This document shows, piece by piece, positions 17,277-25,110 of a stretch of DNA of 64,000 nt; position 1 is the first letter of the stretch; each line of letters starts with the position of its first letter. The notes under the pieces were generated by a model. The model had not been told where the DNA came from, did no database searches, and saw nothing but the letters and a program-made list of their open reading frames with translations. Source of the stretch: Bacillota bacterium (lineage in GTDB: Bacteria; Bacillota_I; Bacilli_A; RF39; UBA660); the NCBI GenBank assembly GCA_015059435.1, contig SVAJ01000001.1, positions 156,657 through 220,656 of the forward strand, in the 5' to 3' direction. Made by a program: the position numbers and the translations under genes.

Positions 17277-18495
17277 TATTTATAGATCCTCCTACTAATA
17301 TTCCACTAAGCCATGAGATAGTTAGATTATATCCTCCACAGTCACCTACTATATCAAGTAATTCTCCTGTTATATATAAATTAGATACTAATTTTGATTC
17401 CATTGTGGATAAGTTTATTTCTTCTAAAGATACACCACCACTACATACTTGTGATTCTTCATATGAATTAGTTTCAGTAATATTTAATTCAAATGAAACT
17501 AAATTACTTATTAATTTATCTTGTTCTTTATTAGTTAGTTCTGTATATAATTTATCTTTAGAAATATTAGATTCTTTTATAATAATATTTACTAATTTAT
17601 AGTTTAGTATTCTTTCTAGTAATTTAGATATACTTATATTTAATTTATTTGTTTCAGTAGTTAGCCAATTATTATATTCATTATTTTCTTTATAATCTAA
17701 GAATGGTATAAAGTTAATTTTTATAACTTCTTTTTTATTATTATATAGTCCACGAGCAATATATTCAGATAGATTAAAAGTACAAATACCACTTAGTCCA
17801 TATTTAGTAAATTGAGCTTCTCCTGATTCTTCTCTTATTAATTTATCATCTTCATATAAAGATAATTTAACTTCACTTCTTACTCCTGTCCAATCTTTTA
17901 AATAATTACCACTCGTTTTTACACCTACTAGTGAAGGTAATACTTTTTCTATTTTATGACCAAATTTTTCTAAGAAACTATAACCCATTCCATCACTACC
18001 TGTTTTAGGAGCTGAATATGATCCAGTTGCGATTACTAATTTATCGGCAATTACTTCTTCGTTTTCTGAGTTTATAATAAACTTATTATTTTCTTTTGTT
18101 ATATCTGTTACTAAGAAATTATTTTTAATAATAACTCCACTTTTTATAACTTCATCTACTAAAGTATTTTTAATAGTAGTTGCTTGATTAGAAAATGGGT
18201 AATAATAGCCATCTTTTATTTTAGGGATAATTCCTAATTCATTAAAGAATGTTAGTACTTTGTATATGTTTTTAGTATTAATAAATTCTTTTACTAGTTC
18301 AGGACTATTACTATGATAGTGTTTTATGCTTTGATCACTATTAAAATAGTTACATCTACCATTACCTGTAACTAACAGTTTTTTGCCACAATCATTATTT
18401 CTTTCTAGGATTATAACTTCATTATTTTTATTTTTACTAAACAAGGCACTAACGAGTCCTGAGGCTCCTCCTCCAATAATTACTATTTTTTCCAT
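17269..18495 (-). CDS. HI0933/YhiN-type flavoprotein (aminoacetone oxidase family)
   Basis: IVIIGGGASGL and the signature GNGRCNYFN. Start at MEKIV with a GTGGGTGA SD. It overlaps the downstream FAD gene by 8 nt. Confidence 0.8.
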   Translation of the reverse strand: MEKIVIIGGGASGLVSALFSKNKNNEVIILERNNDCGKKLLVTGNGRCNYFNSDQSIKHYHSNSPELVKEFINTKNIYKVLTFFNELGIIPKIKDGYYYPFSNQATTIKNTLVDEVIKSGVIIKNNFLVTDITKENNKFIINSENEEVIADKLVIATGSYSAPKTGSDGMGYSFLEKFGHKIEKVLPSLVGVKTSGNYLKDWTGVRSEVKLSLYEDDKLIREESGEAQFTKYGLSGICTFNLSEYIARGLYNNKKEVIKINFIPFLDYKENNEYNNWLTTETNKLNISISKLLERILNYKLVNIIIKESNISKDKLYTELTNKEQDKLISNLVSFELNITETNSYEESQVCSGGVSLEEINLSTMESKLVSNLYITGELLDIVGDCGGYNLTISWLSGILVGGSINND

Positions 18496-18538
18496 AATAT
18501 CACCCACTTTTCTTATAGATTATATCATATTTTTATAA

Positions 18539-18566
18539 ATAAAAAAAATAGTCCGAAGACTATTTT
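18539..18566 (-). terminator. Rho-independent terminator of the serpin gene
   Basis: Minus strand: stem ATAGTC, loop TTCG, stem GACTAT, followed by TTTTTTTT. Confidence 0.75.
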
Positions 18567-18567
18567 A

Positions 18568-20289
18568 TTAATTAGTACTTGGTTCGTATACAGTACCAGT
18601 AAACCATACTTCACCAGTTGCTTTATCTCTGATAATGAACATATATGGTTTATCAAATGTTAAATCTATTTCTTCTACAGGGACTTTAAATTTATAATCC
18701 CAACATCCTGCAGCACCTAATCCACCCATTTGTGTTGCAGCTGCTGCTTTAATTCCATCATTAGAGAATTCTATATTAGCTTTATGGTCAGCACTACCAA
18801 TATAAGTACCTTGTGCTTTTGTTAATTTTGATAAGTTTGCTTTCTTATCATTAAATACATCTGTAACTCCTAATTTTTTCAAATCATTCATTAGTTTTAA
18901 TTGATAATCAAATTTAAATAGTGGTATAGATGCTTTAATTTTAGTAACTACACCTTCTTTAAAGTTTTCTGATTTTATTTCTTTTAAACTATTTATCACT
19001 TTATTAATTTCTTTAGCATTTGCATTTTTTACATATTCATTTAAATCTTGTTTTTTTGGCATTATACCTACATATTGTAGAGTTGTTCCATTATATTCTT
19101 TTAAGTCTTTAGCAAATACTTTTACATTCTCATCAACATACATCATATAATCAGTTGAAACATCTACTTGTTTATAATTTGTTTTTAAATCTTCATAGAA
19201 ATAATTAACTATTTCTTCTTTTGTACCACAATCTGCAACATTTGGATTTTCATCTAATGCTTTTTGGTATTCATCGCCTATAGTCTTTTTAATTTTTTCT
19301 TCACCAAGATCTTTAATAATATCATAATTATTTATACTAGAACCAACTTCAACTGATTTAATTCCAGTTTTTCCATTAAATGTCATATCAGGATAATAAT
19401 TATCTCCAAGTATAGCAACATAATCACTATAATCTTCATGTTTATATGAAACACTATAGTGTTTGCATGGGACTTTACTTTGTCCATATGCACATTGGAT
19501 TTGATTATTCCAATTCATATCAATTGCTAGGGCATTAACAATTGCAAAATCTAAATCTGATACACTATCATCAAATAAATCTTTAATTAAACTAAATGTT
19601 TTATCACTTACCCATTTATTTAAGTTATCTGGTGTTTGAAATGTATCATATATTACTTCTGCATTATATTTTTCATTTATTTTTTTAGAGTACTCTTCTT
19701 TTACTTGTTCTTTATATGTATCTTTAATAAACATTGCATTAGCGAATGACATGTTTTCGCTATTTACATATTTTTTAGATTTATAATCTCCAATTATATT
19801 AGTAATTTGTTTATTAGAATCTCCTGCAGTACCATCTCTTAACATAGCTAATGTATATTTAATTGAAAGTGGACTGTAAATCATGTTTTTATTATTGTTT
19901 TCTAATTGCATGAATTTTAAATCAAAATCACTTAATGAATTATCACTAAGTCTATAGTCAGATTCTTTTACCTCACTATTAGTATTTACTTTTGTTGTTG
20001 TTTTTTCACCATTAAATATAAAATAGTATACTACTAGTGCTACTGCAATTAGTAATAGTAATACTATGCATAATACTAATTTTGTTTTTTTCTTTTTTGG
20101 TTCTTTTGGAGTATCATCATTGTTACTATTATCTACTACAATTTCATTAGGTGTTTCAATAATTGATTCCTCTTCTTTTACTTCTTCATTTTCTGTTTGT
20201 TCAGAAGTTTCTTCTACTGGAGTTTCTGCAACTGGTTCAGTTGTTACTTCTTCAGTAGTTTCTTCTAAATTTTCTACTTTTTCTTCCAT
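18568..20289 (-). CDS. Membrane-anchored serpin (serine protease inhibitor family)
   Basis: Serpin core (YSPLSIKYTLAMLRDG), hinge HKANIEFSNDGIKAAAAT, and C-terminal FDKPYMFIIRD...GEVWFTGTVYEP. The N-terminus has an acidic Glu/Thr-rich segment followed by a TM helix (LVLCIVLLLLIAVALVVYYFIF). Start at MEEKV with AGGAGG 8 nt upstream. Confidence 0.85.
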   Translation of the reverse strand: MEEKVENLEETTEEVTTEPVAETPVEETSEQTENEEVKEEESIIETPNEIVVDNSNNDDTPKEPKKKKTKLVLCIVLLLLIAVALVVYYFIFNGEKTTTKVNTNSEVKESDYRLSDNSLSDFDLKFMQLENNNKNMIYSPLSIKYTLAMLRDGTAGDSNKQITNIIGDYKSKKYVNSENMSFANAMFIKDTYKEQVKEEYSKKINEKYNAEVIYDTFQTPDNLNKWVSDKTFSLIKDLFDDSVSDLDFAIVNALAIDMNWNNQIQCAYGQSKVPCKHYSVSYKHEDYSDYVAILGDNYYPDMTFNGKTGIKSVEVGSSINNYDIIKDLGEEKIKKTIGDEYQKALDENPNVADCGTKEEIVNYFYEDLKTNYKQVDVSTDYMMYVDENVKVFAKDLKEYNGTTLQYVGIMPKKQDLNEYVKNANAKEINKVINSLKEIKSENFKEGVVTKIKASIPLFKFDYQLKLMNDLKKLGVTDVFNDKKANLSKLTKAQGTYIGSADHKANIEFSNDGIKAAAATQMGGLGAAGCWDYKFKVPVEEIDLTFDKPYMFIIRDKATGEVWFTGTVYEPSTN

Positions 20290-20368
20290 ATATTTTCCTC
20301 CTATTATATATAGTATTAATATAATATATTTTTTTATTATTAGCAATGTTTTTTAGTAGATTTTTTTA

Positions 20369-20394
20369 TAAAAAAAATAGACTATTATGTCTAT
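20369..20394 (-). terminator. Rho-independent terminator of the SEDS gene
   Basis: Minus strand: stem ATAGAC, loop ATAATA, stem GTCTAT, followed by TTTTTTTT. Confidence 0.7.
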
Positions 20395-21548
20395 TAATTT
20401 CTAGCTTTTTTCTTATTTATAGAATCTTTTCTAAATCCATTTTCTACACTTACTCTTTGGACTAAAGTTAGTGAAGCAATTAAACAAATTGTGAAACTTC
20501 CTCCATAACTCATGAATGGAAGTGGTACTCCTGTCATTGGCATCATTCCAAATAATCCCATTAAGTTTACTGCTATATGTAGGAATATGTAAATAGCAAC
20601 TCCATAACAAATTGCTTTTCCTCTATTGGTTACACTTCTAGTTCCTATTATTAATATTCTATATAATAAGAACATATATAATAAGATTATTCCAATACCA
20701 AATAATACACCTAATTCTTCTACTATTATAGCGAATATAAAGTCTGTATATGGTTCTGGAAGATATAAATATTTTTGAGTTGAATTACCTAGTCCTACAC
20801 CAGTCAATCCACCATTATTAATAGCAATATAACCATTACATACTTGGTTACCAGTAGATAGTAATTTGCTACATGGATTAGCAAAATCGAAACGTTGTTT
20901 TTGTCTTTCTAGTAATAATCCTTTTCCACTAGACATTAGGATAAATCCTGCAAATATAACTAACCCTACAAGACCAGCTACAGTTTTAAATTTTATTTCT
21001 TTATCTATAGGTGATGCTAAGAACATACTACCTACTATTACACTATAAATTATAGTAGTACCAAGATCTGGTTGTAAAAATATTAGTAAAGCAATAATTC
21101 CACAAATTCCAAGTGGGAATAAACTTTTCATATAACCATTTAAATGTTTTATGTTTACCTCATAATATCTAGCTAACCATACTATCGTTATAATCTTGGC
21201 AAACTCACTTGGTTGGATACTAACTGGACCTAAATCATACCAAGATATAGCTTGGTTTTTAGTTTGACCTATTATTAATAAACAAAATAGTGAAGCTATT
21301 ACTATTAGTAATAATCCCCATGAAAACACACCATATGCTTTAGTAGTCATTTTGATCATAATTAGTGAAAAAAATAATCCTACTAAAAGGAATATCCCTT
21401 GTTTTATAAAATAATTATATGGACTTACTGCATGTGACATATAAGCTGTTACATTAGAGGCAGAAAAAACCATTATTAATCCTATTACGAAGAGTAATAC
21501 AGACACTAACAGTAAAGGTTTATCTAAGTTTTTAAATACTTTTTTCAC
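20394..21548 (-). CDS. SEDS-family peptidoglycan glycosyltransferase (FtsW/RodA/SpoVE)
   Basis: 384 aa and polytopic, with SEFAKI, QPDLGT, LPEPYTDFIFA and PLPFMSYGGS motifs. Confidence 0.9.
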   Translation of the reverse strand: MKKVFKNLDKPLLLVSVLLFVIGLIMVFSASNVTAYMSHAVSPYNYFIKQGIFLLVGLFFSLIMIKMTTKAYGVFSWGLLLIVIASLFCLLIIGQTKNQAISWYDLGPVSIQPSEFAKIITIVWLARYYEVNIKHLNGYMKSLFPLGICGIIALLIFLQPDLGTTIIYSVIVGSMFLASPIDKEIKFKTVAGLVGLVIFAGFILMSSGKGLLLERQKQRFDFANPCSKLLSTGNQVCNGYIAINNGGLTGVGLGNSTQKYLYLPEPYTDFIFAIIVEELGVLFGIGIILLYMFLLYRILIIGTRSVTNRGKAICYGVAIYIFLHIAVNLMGLFGMMPMTGVPLPFMSYGGSFTICLIASLTLVQRVSVENGFRKDSINKKKARN

Positions 21549-21684
21549 TATATCACTCCATTCTATTATTAATATATCATAAATTTTATTGTTTTTGTAG
21601 ATTTTGTTTTCTACAAATTCTTTTTATTAACACATTCTGTAAAGTTACATATCTTATAGTAGAATATGTAAAGGAGGCTATTTT

Positions 21685-21843
21685 ATGTATTATTATGGTG
21701 GTGGATGTAACTCTTGCGGAAACAATTCTTATCAAATGCCATACTACACTACTTACTATGGTAATAACAATAATAACTATGCTATTGTCTTAGTATTATT
21801 TATTCTTTTAGTTATTATTGTTGGCAGTCGATTTAACGTGTAG
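21685..21843 (+). CDS. Tiny Gly/Tyr/Asn-rich single-TM protein (YjcZ-like)
   Basis: Below the ORF-track size cut-off. AAGGAGG lies 7 nt before the ATG. Translation: MYYYGGGCNSCGNNSYQMPYYTTYYGNNNNNYAIVLVLFILLVIIVGSRFNV. The FALIVVLFILLIIVG-type tail matches the tiny TM protein family of Bacilli. Confidence 0.55.
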   Translation: MYYYGGGCNSCGNNSYQMPYYTTYYGNNNNNYAIVLVLFILLVIIVGSRFNV

Positions 21844-21931
21844 ATTTTCTATACGTTTTTTTGACTATAAGTATTTTTTGTGATATACTATGCATTGTTT
21901 AAGGGGTTTTCCTTTTATAGAGGTGATGTAT

Positions 21932-22480
21932 ATGTTAAGAACAAAAGATATTTTAGATGAAAAAGATAAAAGATTAAGACTTACTAGTAAAGAAGTTCAG
22001 TTTCCACTTACAAAAGAAGATAAAGACTTAATTGATACTATGCTTACATATTTAAGAGATTCTCAAAATGAAGAATTATCTATTAAATATGATTTAAGAC
22101 CAGGTATGGGAATGGCTGCTATTCAATTAGGTGTTCCTAAAAGATATTTTGTAGTTGTTAATGAAATTGATGAAGGTGAATTTGAAGAGTATGTTCTAAT
22201 TAACCCTAAAATTATTAGTAATTCAGTGGAAAAGATATACGTTGAAATGGGTGAAGGTTGTTTAAGTGTTAATCGTGAAGTAGATGGAATTGTTCCTAGA
22301 TATGCTAGAGTTACAATGGAAGCATATGATATGGAAGGTAGAAAGATTCATGTTAGAGCACGTGAAGAATTAGCTATCGCCTTTCAACATGAACTTGATC
22401 ACTTAAATGGTATTTTATTTACTGATCATATAGATAAAAAAAATCCATTCAAAGATAAAGACCAGATGAGAGCCATCTAG
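21932..22480 (+). CDS. def: Peptide deformylase
   Basis: GMGMAAIQLG, EGCLS and HELDHLNG motifs. Start at MLRTKD with GAGGTGA 5 nt upstream. Confidence 0.93.
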   Translation: MLRTKDILDEKDKRLRLTSKEVQFPLTKEDKDLIDTMLTYLRDSQNEELSIKYDLRPGMGMAAIQLGVPKRYFVVVNEIDEGEFEEYVLINPKIISNSVEKIYVEMGEGCLSVNREVDGIVPRYARVTMEAYDMEGRKIHVRAREELAIAFQHELDHLNGILFTDHIDKKNPFKDKDQMRAI

Positions 22481-22486
22481 TCTTTT

Positions 22487-23485
22487 TTATTCACTTTTTA
22501 TTAATCTTGCATGAACCACTAATCTTCCTGTATTAGTATTATTGCATGTTGATAATGTAATAATATTAGTAGTTCTTGTCATATCAACTTTATAATCATA
22601 ATTTGATTTATTTTTTAATTTAGTTATAAATTCATTATATTCATTATCATCTTTAAACTCATTTTTTAAATATGTACTTTCTATAGATGTTTCATATACA
22701 GAAAATACTTCCCATGTATAAGTTTTATCTAATGTTTTAGTAGTAATCAAATGATTACTATTTTTTTGCCAATCACTAGTAAACATTTTAGAGATTGATC
22801 CAAACATTGAACCATTTATTAAATGATGACCATATAAAATTATATTCTTAGTTTCTAAATTCCAATTATTTCTATAATCTCCGAAGATACTACCACTATT
22901 ATTATAATTTTTATATATGTCATGATCTATATAGTAATCATTATCTGTAGTTTGAACAAATGGATAATTTATACTTGTACCATCTACTCTAACCCATCCC
23001 ATAACATCATTATTAATATTTTTTAATTCATTAATATCTAAATCTTTAGTTTTTGTTTCTTGTAGTTTTTCATAGGTGTCTTTTACTTCCTTTTCTTCTA
23101 TTTTTACTTTTTCTGGAGCTTTTGTGATTTTATTTGGAGATGTTGGTTTAGTAAAATTAGCTATTAAATATACTGTACCAATAATGATAAATAAAATTAC
23201 AAATAATTCTGGATATTTTTTTATTTTATTAAATCTTTTTTCTAGTTTTGGAAATTCTCTTACTCCAAATATATAAGGAATAAAAATAATAAGTTTAAAT
23301 AATATATTTAAGAAAAGATCAATGAAAAAGAGATAGATATTTGCAATTACGTCTAAAAATTTATCAAATATTTTATTTTTAGACTTTTTCTTAGGTTCAT
23401 AAATTTCTAGAATTTCTATTTCTTCTGTTTTATCATCAATATCAAGAATTTCTATTTCTTCTAGAAATTTATTATCCCTTTGCAT
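22487..23485 (-). CDS. srtB: Class B sortase with an N-terminal acidic and TM extension
   Basis: GWVRVDGTSINYPFVQTTDNDYY, LYGHH, catalytic TLSTC, and C-terminal RLVVHARL. Confidence 0.8.
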   Translation of the reverse strand: MQRDNKFLEEIEILDIDDKTEEIEILEIYEPKKKSKNKIFDKFLDVIANIYLFFIDLFLNILFKLIIFIPYIFGVREFPKLEKRFNKIKKYPELFVILFIIIGTVYLIANFTKPTSPNKITKAPEKVKIEEKEVKDTYEKLQETKTKDLDINELKNINNDVMGWVRVDGTSINYPFVQTTDNDYYIDHDIYKNYNNSGSIFGDYRNNWNLETKNIILYGHHLINGSMFGSISKMFTSDWQKNSNHLITTKTLDKTYTWEVFSVYETSIESTYLKNEFKDDNEYNEFITKLKNKSNYDYKVDMTRTTNIITLSTCNNTNTGRLVVHARLIKSE

Positions 23486-23506
23486 ATTCTATCTCCTATT
23501 ATTTTA

Positions 23507-24982
23507 TTAATTTAATTCTTTCTTTTTACTTTTAATTACTACCATTGCGATTAAAGCTGTTCCTAAGAATAATGTATACATTATTAATCTACTTAATATA
23601 AAATCTTTTGTATTAGGATTTACTATGGCTTTTTCATTATTTTCTTCAGCTAAAGCTAATTCATATGGACTATCTTCAGTACCATTACCTTTAACGATTA
23701 CAGTTTTGTTATTTAATACGATTGATGGTCTAAATTTTTGATATGAACTAACAGTACCTTCTTTTATACCTATACTTGTTACAACGAATGGTATATTTAG
23801 AAAATCTGGAAGGAAAGCTCCTTCTGGTTTTTTCCATGCTGCAGAGTTCATTGTCCACCAATATTTACCAGGAACATCTAAATAATTATCTTCAAAAGTT
23901 CCATCACTTGTATATCCTGCATACATAACTTCGTCACTAGTCAATAATCCAACTGTGCTTGTTATTATATTTTCTTTTTGACAAGCTAAACTTGGAGTTC
24001 CGTTATTAACTCTAGTAGATGAGTTATATGTTATATCTAATAAAGCATTACCATCTTTATCTAACCCTGCTAAAGAAGTTGTAGTACTATCGTCACACCA
24101 AGCTTCATTTTCTATGAAACTTGCATACTTAGTCATGTTTTCATTGTACCAATTATCTACTTCTTCTTTTAGTGAAGAATCATTTTTTTGTTCTTTTAAT
24201 TGATTAATAATATCATCAAGTGTTTGTCCATTACTTAATTTTAAATATTCATAAATAACTTGCCCACGCATTGATTTTCTTGAATATATATAATAAACTT
24301 CTTGACAATTATCTTCTGTTGATAAGCAAGTATAATGATGCCCACTTGTAATATTTTCTAATTCAGCAGAAATGTCTACTTCTGATTGATATGTATCTTT
24401 TAATGTATATTTACCATTACCATATTCTACATCATTACCGTAAATATATCCTACATTATCCGTTGCACCTGAACCTGTAGTAATTTTACCAGCACTAACT
24501 TCTGTATTTACCATATATCCGGAGAATGGTAAAGTTCCATAGTTGTAGTTTGTAGTACTTCCTAGTACTTTATCTTCTGAAGCAATATTACTGCATTTAC
24601 CATCTTTAGCTGGTCCATTAAATACTAGTTTAGTTCCTCCTGTTTGTGTTGTTCTAACTATTTTCCAACATGAGTCACCAAATAAAACATTATTATCAGT
24701 TACATCTCCACGATAATAATTAATTGGGTATGTACTATTTTTTGTACTAGCTATAGTATATACACCTTTTCCATTTGTAGTAGATGCTGGTAAAGCAAAA
24801 TTGATTCCTGTGCTACTAGTTACAAATTTGCTTGCTTTATTATCAAGCACCGACTTTGACTTTATACTATCATATAATGATACTTTGTTTTCAGCATTTA
24901 CATTATCTGTTAATACATTAAATCCTATTACACTTACTAATGCCATAACAAGTATTTTTATTTTATTATTCATTATTCTCAC
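23507..24982 (-). CDS. Secreted surface protein with a sortase-B-type C-terminal sorting signal (NPNTK)
   Basis: Signal peptide (...NVLTDNVNA/EN). The C-terminus has VNPNTKD, a hydrophobic stretch (LIMYTLFLGTALIAMVVI), and a KSKKK tail. It lies immediately upstream of srtB. Confidence 0.65.
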   Translation of the reverse strand: MRIMNNKIKILVMALVSVIGFNVLTDNVNAENKVSLYDSIKSKSVLDNKASKFVTSSTGINFALPASTTNGKGVYTIASTKNSTYPINYYRGDVTDNNVLFGDSCWKIVRTTQTGGTKLVFNGPAKDGKCSNIASEDKVLGSTTNYNYGTLPFSGYMVNTEVSAGKITTGSGATDNVGYIYGNDVEYGNGKYTLKDTYQSEVDISAELENITSGHHYTCLSTEDNCQEVYYIYSRKSMRGQVIYEYLKLSNGQTLDDIINQLKEQKNDSSLKEEVDNWYNENMTKYASFIENEAWCDDSTTTSLAGLDKDGNALLDITYNSSTRVNNGTPSLACQKENIITSTVGLLTSDEVMYAGYTSDGTFEDNYLDVPGKYWWTMNSAAWKKPEGAFLPDFLNIPFVVTSIGIKEGTVSSYQKFRPSIVLNNKTVIVKGNGTEDSPYELALAEENNEKAIVNPNTKDFILSRLIMYTLFLGTALIAMVVIKSKKKELN

Positions 24983-25080
24983 TCCTATTTTATCTTTATA
25001 TTATATTTATATCATACTCAGTTTTTTAATATCAATACTTGGTAGTAGTTTTATCTTTATGTACTGTCTAAATTTGTAAA

Positions 25081-25110
25081 CAAAAAAGAAGACTTATAGA
25101 TAGTCTTCTT
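25081..25110 (-). terminator. Rho-independent terminator of smc (overlaps the last codons)
   Basis: Minus strand: stem AAGAAGACT, loop ATCTATA, stem AGTCTTCTT, followed by TTTTGTTT. Confidence 0.7.
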
